DNA of 64,000 bases from Antedon mediterranea (taxonomy: Eukaryota; Animalia; Echinodermata): NCBI RefSeq assembly GCF_964355755.1, contig NC_092674.1, positions 8,246,001 through 8,310,000 on the forward strand, read 5' to 3'. The position numbers and the translations under genes are program-made. This document shows, piece by piece, positions 33,786 through 47,585 of the stretch. The stretch's first letter is position 1, and each line of letters starts with the position of its first letter. The notes under the pieces are model-generated. The model did not search any database, was not told where the DNA came from, and was given only the letters and a program-made list of their open reading frames with translations.

Positions 33786-35903
33786 TGAGAATACTTCGGG
33801 AATAATACAGCAACACATGTGGCGCCTGTATCATGCGAAGATTATGGCCTATGATACCAGGCGAAATAACGTGGAAATAATGTAGGCCTACTGCAGTGGG
33901 TTTTCAAATGTTAAAAGCGCCTTTCTTTTCCAAAATAATTGTATATAATCGAAAAACACTTGACACGAATATTTATTTTGTATTTGAACCATGAAACGTT
34001 TTCACCATTTAAATTTGGCCTTTAAAATGCACATTTGTACTGTCTGGAATCGTTCAACAAATCTGTTAATACAGTCTCTATATTTATATTATTCAAAAAT
34101 CTGTCTCGTTTTTATATATATTTTTTCAGATTGTAACTGGTCACGTGTCTATTGCATTGACACTTATGCAACAGTAATTGAAAATAACCAATAGTGAGAA
34201 CATCCGAGGCAATGAATTTAAAGTGGTTTTCCGAAGGCCTCAACAGATTGAAGGGCGTTAGTAACAATTACATTTTCTACATGCTGATCGAACACTGGTA
34301 AATGTCCTATACATGACTATTATCTATTGAAATTTATTCAATTCGTAAGACTCAAATCAGTAGTGTCGAGTGTGTATTTTGTCGCCTTTTCCTACAAGTC
34401 AGAAAATGACTTGTACCATGTAACCATAAGTAGTTTAAGTTTTAAATTAGCAATGCATGCTAGCGCGTATGCATGAATTGTAGGAATAGAGTAATTCACA
34501 ATTCATTTTGTAGAACAGTTTCCCTGGTAGTATGTCTGTTTATTTGGGAGGGGGAGGGGGAAGTTGGTGAGATAGTGTGTCCTTTAACTTGACCTTTTCA
34601 CGACTTAAGCGCACAATATCGAGTTTTGAAAACATTCATTTCTACGCATGCTCATATATGATGAGCGTGCGCAGCATGTATTGTTTAATTGACAGCTAGT
34701 TCATAACACACGTATCAGGGCTCGAGCATACTTTAAGCATATACGGTTTAACTACCACTCAGACAAGAAGGATCTTACAATTTATGTTTAATTTAGACGT
34801 CTTACCAAACATCTTTCATGATGCCTTCTATGTGATCAATTTAAGAAGACAGAGCTGATCACATTTAAGCTTAAAGTCTACTACAAAACGCTAGGCCTAC
34901 TTCTCTATTCACAGTAATAAAAAAACTGCAGTTATAAATGTTCACAATATTGTATGTATATGTTATTTCTTAGCCAAAAAAACGGCTAACATTATTTCTA
35001 CAAGTGTGAACAACGTATACACCACAGCAAACTTCCATTAGAAAGACATATTTATAAGTAAAATACTAGTAAAGTATATAATATTAATATATTCCAACAC
35101 ACCTTTTTTGCAATTCAATTTTAAGTTCAGACATTTTATATTGATTTTTATAATGTTTCTGATTTATCATTTTGTATGTTTGCAGTTTCTATTTTCAACA
35201 CAAACATTCAATATTTTATATTCTAACTATTTTATTAAACCTACATTCAAGATCATTCTGTTGCCAAAACCACACTGTAAACATCTCAAGTATCATTTTA
35301 ATTTCGAAAGGTCAAGGGTTATGCATATGAACATCAAATGTTTACTGTTATAGTATAAACACAGGAAAATTGCATTTATTAAAACAAAGGCGGGTATAGC
35401 AAAAAAATAGAAACCTCAAAGCATATTTCACAAATTGTATAATATATCAATTACAGAAGACCAGAAATTAATACAAAGTATGTTAATTGACATTAAAAAT
35501 AATAGTTTCCAAAAAAAAGTTTAAAAAAAAGTTTTCTAATAACTCTGAGGTCAGAATTGTTCGCTTAGTTTCACTTCCTAACTTTGCTAAAGACAAATGT
35601 TTCATATAGAACGTCTTTCTTAGCAGAATATAGGACAACTATGCGAAATGAAATACTCACATGTTTATTTACTCACAAAAAAGTACAGCGTAATAAAACC
35701 CTCATTCACCTCTGAAAATGTGTTCCTCCACGAGTCCGTGAAAAAATGTTGTCTGTAACAGTTTTCTGCTATTTAACTTTTTTTTTAACTGTTGAACATT
35801 TTAATTGATGTGAATTTACATGTGTATTTACGTAATATAATGTATTGAATTATGTGATTTTGAATAAATGAAAGAACATTTATGGAAAACTAACATTTAC
35901 TTT

Positions 35904-36027
35904 AAACAAGGCCATATACATGACTACAGTCGCGTGCGCAAATTTAAGTTAGTGTTGACCGACCAACCGACCGAACGACCGACCGACATAGTGAGCTGTA
36001 GAGTCGCGTTTGCACCAAACCACTAAA
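35904..36027 (-). mobile_element. Short HINE-like element
   Basis: AACAAGGCCATATACATG..AGTCGCGTG..(GACC)n GACATAGTGAGCTGTAGAGTCGCG; reverse complement of the 25012 type. Confidence 0.7.
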
Positions 36028-39000
36028 TCGCAAAACAAAAAAACTAATTTAACAATTGATAAAATCAAAATTTGACCAGCGCTCTATTATTTACTATTAC
36101 AGTATTATTTTTGTAGTTTGTCAACGCGAATGATTTCTATCGAAGCGGCGTGCCGCGGCGTAATTTCAATGTAAGCAGCAAGCTCCCGTATTTCCATAAT
36201 CTTGGATTCATTTAATTATCTAATCATTGTTAAACACGATGCATCACTCTCGTAGCGAATGTATATGATCGTATTTGCACACAGCATTCAATAAAAAAAA
36301 AATCGAGTTAGGTATTCCAGTATAGTATTGACGTAATAACTGTTCACTTTATGGGACAGGGACAATTAAGATCAGGCAGAAAGTGCTCCCAACGGGCGCG
36401 CTAAGGAGTCACAATTATGAATCTGTGATTGGCTATAAGTGATAGGAAATTATTTGTATTTCCCCTCATTTTGTTGATCGCTTTCTGTTCCCTAGGTGCG
36501 ATTAGTGTTTCAGATGACGAACAAACAGTTTTAAATCAATCGATATTTTCCAAAACGACCGAGAATTATGCTGATTTTATTCTCGTTCTGTTAACCGTTT
36601 CATGTCTGTCTGTCGGCACAAATCCTACTAACTTTGACGATTTTAAGAAATATGATATTTATGTTTTACTAAGTTATCTCTTTTCCATCAATTCGGCAAA
36701 AATCTGATAATGCGTAAAGTTGAATAAGGCACAAACTGGCGACAGTGATTGTATTTTCATGTTTTATATATCACTTCCTTATATTGATTATTTCTTATGC
36801 AACGCTTTTCAGAGGCTGACGAAATGTGTTGTAGTGTAGTTGATTATTGCGTTTCGGACGCACGCGTCGCGTTGATTACACAATACACATAGGATTTTGT
36901 TTCAATAAATGGAATGATGAATGCGAGCTCAGATAACTTGTGGACATATCAAACCTTCTTACAACAGCATCAAATCACCTTCTATCAATCTATCTAAGAA
37001 TTGTCTCGTTTTTCAAATCATTAAATACAATATCACTTTCATCATACAAATCTAACAGTTTATATCAATGTATGCTTTGTAACAAAGAAAACATCTACTG
37101 TAATTGCTAAAATAATATTTCATCTCCGATATCTCCATTAACTTGACAATTTTATTTCTCAAACAGATATCGAACGCTTAGCTAAACCGCGACAAGCTAT
37201 ATAACAAATTCTAAGACTAACGATTTAAGTACCGATATTTGATTGTTTTAACATTATAATTATGCATCCATCGGATATTACTATTGAGCCATTATATACT
37301 GGACTATTGCACCAAGTTGTTTAGTTGTGGGTAGTGTTATGTTAAGCAATTTGCTTTATACATGAGCAAAATAATTAGCAAGAAATCCACACAAAACTTT
37401 AAAAAAAAATTATGCAAGCGATTATAAACGAGTTATATCAATTCAGTCGAGTTGAATATTATACAGTAATTTTACGTTTACTTAGGGTTCATTTAAACTA
37501 CTCATTTGCCGAGTGAATTGACAATTTAAGCTTGTTAATTTTTTTTTATAGAAAAGAATGTTCATTCTAGTTAAGAGTCTGTCTTCTTTGATGAAATCTT
37601 TAATCTGTAAATTTGAGGATCTTTTCCTCAATCTTTACATACAGTAAATCAACTCCCACGAAAGTATCATTTGAATAAATCCGATTCGGTCTACTTGTAG
37701 GAACTGTGAGATTTGTGAGGAGGGGTTGGTGATTAGGTTGAATTATTGGAAGAGACCAATTTATTTGCCAATTTGGAAAATAATAATCACTTATTCTCGA
37801 GACGTTTTTCAGTTCCCGCCAACCTTCTCGTTTATTATTATTATCCCAGTACACAAATAAGTCACAAATCATTGGCATATAGAAAGAAAACATCAACGAT
37901 TAACTCACAACAATTGCTGCTACGAGGTAGCAAGCTCTAATTGTTAAAATTCAATACATCTTCTGCCTGGCCTACATCGCACTATAGGTAACTTATTAGC
38001 TTGTCAGACCATCTCTTATAGTCTCATAGGTTATAGTCATCCTAAAGAGACACATTCAGTTAGCAGCCTTAATATCTTGACATACTGAACTAAACATCAG
38101 ACAATTTAAATAAGCAGAGCAACTTATGAGTATTTCAGACCCCGTTGTGTAACAGTCATACTATTCCACATTTCATTTAATTTATTTCGTCAGCAAAGAA
38201 CAAATACATAACAAAACAAATATAAAAAGAAAAGAGTTCAAAATCCATATGAAGCACTGTAAAATGGCTCACCAAAATGTAAAATTAAAAGAGATGCAGT
38301 TAGAAGCAGCAACGAAGTCGTTGTATTTTGTCGAAGATTTGTTAGAAAATAAGAACGTAACACTCACTTAGAAAACTGGAAACAGAATCAGAATTCCGAA
38401 ATACTGTATACCTAATTTAGAAAAAAAAGACACCATAACATTTTAAACATGTCGACGATTTCAGATAAACCATTCGTTGAGAAAATAAAACGTCAAATAC
38501 AAGCTGACAAGTATTTGTATAGTATATAAACGATAAATAAACGTTTATTACTGAGTACAAATGTTTATGTCGAACAATGCATATTTCGAACACTATTGTA
38601 GTTTAAATATTAGTGTCAGCAATATAATATATAGTTATTAGGTTTATTGTAATATTTTTAAATTTTAAAACCTCAAAAAGAAAGTTGTGTTTGTATAAAA
38701 TGACAAATACAACGAACAACGAAGTCATTACCATTATTTTTGTCAAAGATTGTTATTTTTCTAATTACTGCTCATACCTTCATTTGATTTACGAGCAATC
38801 AATTGATCGCTTAGTATAATAATGCAATATACTTTATTAATTGTTACAGCGAATATTTTCATATTAAACAAGCTCAAAAGCCTGTTGGCAATAATAACAA
38901 TAATTTACGATCATTTCGTTGTTTGATAACATCTAATCTAGACCGACTTAGTCTTACCAAGCACAAGCATATCGATAGCACAATAGTATCTACAAGGTTG

Positions 39001-40809
39001 TAGACTTAACCCAAGTCTGTATTTAATTTTCCTGTTTATGTTAGTAGACCAGTCGGCCTTCCAATTTTTCTCTGGAAAATGAGTTTCTTATCTAAAGCAT
39101 TATACGTATGAAACGCTATAAGTTATATATTTTTTTACTAATATTAAGTAGAAACCGTCTAGAACCTAGACTAACAAAGTTGCAATACAACTTTCTTTGA
39201 CTTGTAATATGTGCCTCGTTTAAATTCAAGCAAAATATTATTTTTTCGATTTTCTATCTTCATCTTATATAAACTCAAACGGATGGATGGTTTACTTTAT
39301 TAACACAATTAAAATACATAAACGTTTACACTAGTCTAAGTAAACATCTTTATTAGAACGTTTAAAGATTAATGACGGTATTTAAAAGTGTACATTCTCT
39401 TGTTTAGCGTCAAAATAGCAGTAATCACTGGCATTTTTATGACCTGCCTACGCTTTTTGCAGACACAACGATAATTCTCACATTAATTTAATTTTCTATA
39501 AAGGCCAGATATTCATTTAACTTTTTATTGTATATCTATTAAATGTCTTTTTATCTGTATGGCATGTAAATTGGATTCGATTTGTCTAGATTGAAGTCAC
39601 ATGGGTCAATTTCTTTTCAAAGTATACTTTGTACAAACGATTGTGTTCTAAAACTGCTGCAGCTTTTAAATTGCTTTTCCATTATTTGGAAAAGCTTTCA
39701 TTAGAGTTTAGTGATGCAGTTATTTCAATTTCTTTCTTAAGCCTTTGTGAAAAAGTAATGTCTACTAAGGCTCACGTTCAGTTTAACTAGGTTACGGCTC
39801 AGCATGCATGAAAGTAAACACATGTTTAAAAAAAAACAATATTAAATAAGTAAAACGTTGTTAGAAAATGTGGTTATCCAGAGCGGAACACTGATGCGCC
39901 TCTATACAGAGAACAGGGTATAGGGTAAGTTACCGTTACTTTTCACAAAACAGTGACAGTGAGTTCATTCAAGTTGGAAATGAAGACGAATTAATGACAA
40001 TGACGTAATGAGAATAATGACAATGATTACGACAGAAACGATGATATAAATTAAATAACGAAGATGAAAATTCTGAAAATAAGGATGGGGAGGAAGAATG
40101 GTGGCGCAAATATTATGTTAATATTAGAAATGATAAATATAATAACAAGACAAACATGGATGATTATGATAACTGATAAATATAGACTTTTCATCATAAA
40201 GTAATGTTTCTCCTTTTATAAAAAAGTTATGACATACAAAGTGTTCTTTTTAAACTGTTAATCAATATTATCTTATGTCATTTCTACTGTTGTTGATAAT
40301 CTATCAATTATTACAAAGGAAACGGCAAACATTTTTTTTTTCTTCATCGAATATTCAAATAATAACTACAGATTAGTTTACATACTGAAGGCAGGTGGAC
40401 ATAGATTGATAAAAGGATTTGTAGGTATTGTACGCGGTATTGTTGTTTTACAAAATATTTTCGATCAGTCGGCTTTGAGTCTTTCTTGAGTTTCTTGTCA
40501 CAGCGTCTAATTTTGCTGTTAAATTTAGCACACGATTGAAAAATATATTATGTCATCAGACGAAGGATAACCTACTTTTAAAAATATTTGATTTAATGAT
40601 GTATATGTGATAGTAATTTAAAAGCATGTGTTTTTCCTTTTTGCATTTATCTCGGTAATCCGTTGATAAAAGCGATTATGGCTTGTGATAATAACATCTG
40701 GATTTGAATGTCCAATACTAAAGAAAGAAAACTAGGGATTATAACAACTAGAATGGTTGCCGTCGTCAGTGACAACTGAAACTTCTGTGTATTTTAATGA
40801 CTCAGTAGG

Positions 40810-41420
40810 AATGATGCTGAGGAAAATGCTGATTTTGATGTGAGAAGATGCTGGTGTAACTAGTGATGCTGGTAATTTCAGCAAAAGATTTTAGTATTGT
40901 GTATGCAAATGTTGCTGGTGCTGCTGGTGATGATGTTAGTAAAAGCTGCTGGTGATGTGAGAAATTGCTACAGGTGCTGCTGGTGATGATGTTAGTAAAA
41001 GCTGCTGATGATGTAAGAAAATGCTACTAGTGCTGCTGGTGATGATGTTAGTAAAAGCTGCTGGTGGTGTTAGCAAATGCTACTGGTGCTGCTGGTGATA
41101 TTGGTAAAAGCTGCTGGTGATATGAGCAAATTCTGCTGGCGATGTCAGTAAAATCTGTTGGTGATGTTAGGAAAAGCTTCTGGTGCTAGTGCTGCTGATG
41201 GTGTGATAGTAAAAACCTCTGGTGGTGTGAGCAAATGTTGCTGGTGCTGCTGGTGATGTCGGTAAAAGATGCTGGTGATGTGAGCAAATTCTGCTGGTGA
41301 TGTCAGTAAATCTTTTGGTGATGTTAGGAAATGCATCTGGTGCTGGTCCTGCTGGTGATGTTAGTAAAGGTTGCTGGTGATGTGTGTGCAAATGGTGTTA
41401 GTAAACTGCTGATGATGCCT
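40810..41420. repeat. Degenerate minisatellite of about 60-bp higher-order units built from about 20-bp GCTGGTGATGT subunits
   Basis: GGTGCTGCTGGTGATGATGTTAGTAAAAGCTGCTGGTGATGTGAG(C/A)AA reiterated. Confidence 0.9.
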
Positions 41421-44334
41421 TTATTAATTTGGATGGAACTGTGATGTGAGTAAATTGGTCGTGCAGAGGCAGGCAAAATACTACTGGTGATTTATATTAA
41501 TAATATTGGTGATGGTGATTAAGGTTAATATTGCTGCAAATATAGGCACATTGTGGCTACGAACAAACTTTGTTAGGTAAAGGGAAGACTGATACCGTTG
41601 GAGATGAGTTTTGGTAATGTGAAGTTAAATTCCTTTGATGATGCTACAAAAGATGATACAGATAAAGACAAGTAACGAACGTGTCGGTAATGTAGGAGAT
41701 GTACAAATTTGTACTGCTTACTTAATAAACGCGAGATACATTCATTGTCATTATTGTTCTACAGCCTACTTTAATTGCGTATTGAGGTTATTCGGTTACC
41801 TGATGTAATGGTCTATAAACAGCCTAATGAAAACGTAATGTATCTATAAATTGCGTACCGTTTATGTATGACCGAACGCCACAGCTGGAATTCCAACAGC
41901 ATAGCAAACCATGAAATGGAAATAAAGCAGAATATAATCTACAGTGATGCCAATTATATCACATACCACAGCGTATATTATAAATCAGTTTTAATTGATT
42001 GAAAGCTCTCGCGAATTAATGGCGATTATCCAGCCAGCACAACAAGGCCGTGTATAACTTCAGATATTGGTTTCAAATGATGTCCACACGATTATGATTT
42101 AATACCGGAATTTGTTATCGGTTAGCAATTGGAACCGATTAAGCATTTTATACACCTTTCGATTGACATGTTCAGATTTCAAAATCGATCGTTATACGAT
42201 ATACACGTCTATTTATTTTTGTATTTGTCGTTTCAAAATGTGTCTGTTCATCAATTGTAATCACAACACATTATTTACAATGTATCCAGTTAATTTACTG
42301 ACCCTGGTGCTTAAATATTACGGATACATTACTTTACAATCAAACGATCTAGAGCAAAGTTAATAGTAATGATTAAAGCGACGTTCACACGGGAAGGAAG
42401 ACTTTAAAGAAACATGTAATTATAAATGTTTCCAAGTGAAATGATCGACAGCTACAACATAAATGTAATGTCATTTAAAACATTCAGAAGTGCCAATAAT
42501 AAATGTGCGTGTATGTTATGTAGAATTACAATTAATCCACTACCGCAGTGTACAGAATTATCTCCAAGAGCTACAACACTACGACATTTTTTTTTAAATG
42601 TAACCATTTGTCAGGATACTTCTTTTGGACTATTGAATTACTATTATTATTTCAACAATATTTAATCAGATAAAAATATTTATATCATTTATTATTTTCA
42701 TCGCTTGTCTTTAGACCAATTTTGCTGGCCTATCTGTCATCAAAATCTGACCAGATCTTCATAATCTATATTTACGCGTTGTACATTAGTTTGCAGCGAT
42801 TAGTCGCTCTTTTCTTATGCTCATCTTCATATCTGTTTCTCTGACGACTCTCTAACCATGTACTGTACAGCTAAGGACGTGGTGACAATGTCCATATAGG
42901 TACTGTGCATGTGGTTGTTGACGATAGATATGAATACTCGCGTCCGTTCGTTGTTTTGTAGAAACAACAATAATTTGGGTAGAGTACATTAATTATGGGG
43001 GTGTTAAACACGTGCGTCACCCACTGTGTAGCCAAAACATTTATTTATTTACATCCCTAAATTTACAATCGCGTATTCTGTAATTTTACTCTGACGCTAT
43101 TCAATTGCTGTTTGACGAAGAAATATCCTACGTGCCTGTAGCCTACGTTGGCTATCCCCAGTATTTCTAACAAATACACATGTTGAAGTAAGACAATTAT
43201 TCATCTTGTACGAGATTCTGTAAATAATTCATTCCATTCTGCTAAAAGGAGCATTTAAATTGATTGAAGGTTTCATAATGTAACCTAAAATAGCATAAAG
43301 TGCGTTAAATAGTACACGTTTCCGTTTCATATTAGCGTAGTAAATGTATATCGAAACAACGTTTAAGTTATCTGCCTATTGGCAATAAAAACCCGAAGAC
43401 GCATAAAATTACAATTAATACTACCGTAATCTATAGTATTTTGTACTTTATTCAACATTATTATTCATCAAATTTTAATGTGAACCTGAATACCGTTTCG
43501 AATGTTTGAAGAGCAATAGAAAAGACTAATGCCTTCAACCTAATCAATTTTAAACACATTTTAACAAGCAAAATATCAACAACTTGCTTCAGTGGTATAT
43601 TAGGATTTTTGAAGAAAAAAAGGCACAGTATAGAGGCACACGCTGCACATTGTGATATATACTGACTAACCCAATATTTAGAATTCAAATCTAATAAGCT
43701 CGTTTGTTATAAGGCAATACAATGGTGCAACAACAGTTTCAGAATCTTTTGCTCAATGAAAAGGATACCGTACTCATACTGCGCATGATTACAAACTTCG
43801 AGTTATAGCTCGTGTTCGTGACTACTCATATTTAAAAAAGTCACAGTTTTTGGTAAACAAACAGATTCGTGCAAATGATACAATCATAACAGAAATACTC
43901 CAACTTATACATAATATATAATGATAAAGTCAAACAATATGAAATTCCAATTAAAATCGGCTTTATGAAAAAAGAATATAAAGCGCTGTACCTATTTCCG
44001 CGGGAATTAAAGTCTTTGATATGAGAAGTACAGAAAAAAATATCCAATCAACTTCATCTATTGAAGATATAATATTTTGCAAATTATTATATAATACTTC
44101 CATAGAATTGAAGTAAATGTGTAGATATGCGATAGTAATTACTTTTTATTGATCAAGGAGAATTTGAATAAAACAATATTTTGACAGAAAACATAATATA
44201 ATTGGAATATTTAAAACTCATAAGTGGAGTTAAATAGTGTTAGAATTGGATATTAGGCGATTAAGCATTAACACTAACGGTCAATGATTCCATGTTATGG
44301 TAAAATAAATAAATGAAACATCAACCTAGCTGCC

Positions 44335-44562
44335 TATATAAGTACCTACCTATCAAACTACCTACCTATAAATGAAACTACTATAGCTACCTACATACGT
44401 AAAATACCTATCTACCAAACTACCTATACCTACCACCTTCGTACATATATAAGTACCTACCTATCGAACTACCTACCTAAAAATGAAACTACTATAGCTA
44501 CCTATACGTAACGTAAATACCTATCTACCAAACTACCTATACCTACCACCTTCCTACATATC
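44335..44562. repeat. Tandem duplication, about 110 bp x2, CTAC-rich
   Basis: TATATAAGTACCTACCTATC..TACCTATACCTACCACCTTC occurs twice. Confidence 0.9.
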
Positions 44563-45264
44563 TACTGTCCCCTATCCACCAAATGTATGTGGGACACGCT
44601 ACGACAACATTTAGGCCCAATGTTTATGTATACTGGTATGCCAAGACAACAACAATGGCAAAATGGTTCGTAAGATACAACATTTATTTCACCAAAGGCA
44701 ACTGGATTGAATGTGATGATTGATGTTTTAGGCTCAAGAAGCAATACCTTAACTAAGCTTAACAAGGGATTTGTTTATTAACAACTCACTGTCACAACTA
44801 CTAAACATATTTGTAAGAAGATAAGAAGAATGAATAATTAAAATGTTACCCTTGTGCAACTCACAAGGTTTGGTCCCAGTTCCAAATATAGACTTACTAT
44901 GAACATTAAACAAAATGCCATTGACTTTGTCTGCAGGAAAATGCATTTAGTGTCATAGGCCTACTTGTTCATACCTCATTTTGATTCTATATAAATTCTT
45001 TGATTACAATTTTATAATTACTGGAAAGGGCAGGTAAATAAATCATGATTTAAGCTTTAATAATAATATTTGTTACATATTTATAAGTATTCCAGAAAGT
45101 ATTCCGAATGAATCGTCTTTGCCTTGATGTATCGTATTCAATCTTTCAACTACGTTAATTAATTTGTTACATCGCATGAATGAATTGATAAATAAATAAT
45201 ACTTTTCTTAGAATTTGTAATCAAATAAGTGTACGATAATAATTACTACTTAAGTGCAAACAAA

Positions 45265-45586
45265 AACTCTGCCTACACTATCAAACCATGGACCTATAAA
45301 TTAGGTCCATGATCAAACTAGTTTTATAAAAAAAAAAGGTGTGATGTGCCCAAACATGGCAGTGATATGCCCAAATATTTTATTTATTTATTTAATTTTC
45401 TGCTGATACACAATACAAAGAAGACAAAACAAGTATAAAAGGCAAGGAAAGACCAAACAGGTGCTGAACACCTATGCTATTTGGTCAACTCAGAATATAT
45501 ACAAAATATGGTAGTGGTATGACGTCATCATATGGGCAAATCACATTTTTTTGTAACATAAAGTTTGATAGTGTAGACAGAGCTTA
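45265..45586. mobile_element. MITE family B carrying two nested insertions (25-bp micro-element 45287-45311; LINE-tail-like insert 45379-45503)
   Basis: Family TIRs at both ends; inserts are flanked by ATCAAAC and AAATAT duplications respectively. Confidence 0.8.
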
Positions 45587-46264
45587 ATCTAATCATCCAG
45601 ACACTAATCTCATGAATAATTATAATAATTCAGTTCAAGAAACTTGTACATTTTGATCAAGTGTCACGGAACTGTAATCAACTTTATATTGATTACTGTA
45701 TTAACAAATTGTTATATTAACATTTTTGCTAACCATTTAGAAAAAAACGAGCCATTAGAAATTGGTTAATAATTAAATGCCACGATTAGTTGTCTCATTT
45801 TTCTGATATTTATAAAAAGTTGTGATTAATACTTATTTTCAGTATTGGTCAGATTCATATTTTGATAAGATTATTAATAGGTTATTTATTCATTGGTAAG
45901 CCCATTTCTGTTCCCGAGGTTTATTTCATTAAAGGTTTATCTTGAGGCATTAACAGTATGCATAATTCGAATCAGATACACTCAAGTAGAGATTGCGTTT
46001 GTGTTTATACACTGTCGAGTGTTATTTATAAGCATACCCGCAGGATTTTGTAATACAGCTTTATTTTGTATTACACGTACAAGTTTGCCTTCTTTGAACT
46101 TGAGTTCTTGAATATTATGATGTAGCAATCTCAAATTCACATCTTTCTCTCTTTACTTTCCGTTATTTACAGTGGAAACCATACATTAAAAAGGGAAAGA
46201 AGATAGAATAGAACGTCAAGTATTGTAATTACAACCAATGTATTTCTAATAAAGGTAATTACTA

Positions 46265-46570
46265 TTTCATTTCATTTCATTATTTATTTGGTCTATTTGA
46301 GTATATACATAACAAAAAAAAACTGAAATTGGGGAGACCAGGGTCAACCTAAGTGAACTGAATCACTGTAGCTGAGCCGGTTGACCCAACCTCAAAGTCA
46401 GTTTACACATAAAATACAAAAAGACAAAAACAGTTACAGCGAATCAAAATGAATATAAACTTTTCTAATGAAGGCTGATGTGCTTTCTAGGACTGCAGCA
46501 TCAGTCAACTGTCTGGGAAGCTGGTACCAGACACGGAGTAACCTGATTGCTATAGAATGTAGGCAATATG
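46265..46570 (-). mobile_element. CR1/L2-group LINE 3' end
   Basis: HSIAIRLLRVWYQLPRQL..STSAFIRKV, stem GGGTCAACC..GGTTGACCC, then AAATAA and a (TGAAA)n tail. Confidence 0.55.
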
Positions 46571-47532
46571 AGTATAAAGTATAGACTTGGGAGTGACAAG
46601 TCTGGCTAAAATCAGTAGATAAGAAGCATTAGCCCTAAAGTCGATCATTGAACGAAACCAGTTAAATGATTATGGCCCGATCTAAGATGTAGATGTCTAA
46701 GAAGTGGATACATGGCTACTGGAAATCGCAAAGTAAACCTAAACGAAAACTCATGACAGGAAGAAATTATAGCAAAAGTATGAAGGAATAAGTTCATTGA
46801 GCGTCAACCATTTTTGTTTTTTATGTGTTTTCACCGAGAATTTAATTCTTTAATTTATTCCTCTGATATTTTTTTTTTTTTATTTATTTTTTTTTTTAAA
46901 TATTTTTTTGCTGCATATTACATTTCTAGCAATATCATAAACAATAAATACCTTTTCAATTCCTTTTAGTGTGATTTTTCATTTTGCATTGTTTGGAATT
47001 TGGATCAATTACAGGAACAATTTTTCGCTAAGAGCGAAAAAAATCCTTTCTATGAAATGCTCAGTGTCCTTTTTACCATAAAAGGTCAACATAAAAGTAT
47101 TAACTAATAACTAAGAATTCTTCAGATGTCAAAAAGTAGAATTGTAAGGCCTCCTAGTACAAGCAACCATAATATGTAATTTGAAATGTAATGTATACTC
47201 TCTTGTCATTATTTATTGCGTCAAATATGATGGTCGGACATGTCAAATAAATGTTCAAATTAAGTCCATAACATGTCTGAGATTACAACTAGTAAATGGT
47301 AAGAAACGTGCACAATATTTAGTCTATCTGTCGACAAGGGTCTTTAATAACAAGAAAATATAGGAAAAGAAATATTTTGTTGATGATTATAATAATGCGC
47401 CAACTCAGATAGTTTAGCCAAAATACAAGTAAGAGCATCTTCTATTCTATCCATTTAATAGGTAACCAATAAAGAAAAAAAAAAGATTAACAACATTATA
47501 GAGAATACATCAGTAGGAAAGTATTGGAGTGC

Positions 47533-47585
47533 CGCACATCACACATTTGTTGTCAAACTAGTTTGATAATGTAGACAGAGCTTTA
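47533..47585. mobile_element. MITE family B, single-end fragment
   Basis: GCACATCACACATTTGTTGTCAAACTAGTTTGATAATGTAGACAGAGCTTTA. Confidence 0.7.

Noticed and set aside
35080-35430. Possible L1/Tx1 C-terminal remnant on the minus strand
   Set aside because: Cys/His spacing is not convincing and frames are interrupted.
36429-36707. 92-aa ORF resembling a signal-peptide protein (MAISDRKLFVFPLILLIAFCSLG...)
   Set aside because: Starts at TTG, not ATG; no recognisable domain or supporting exons; hydrophobicity is expected from T-rich DNA.
41145-41391. His/Gln/Thr-Ser-Pro-rich ORFs
   Set aside because: Minisatellite translations with broken frames.
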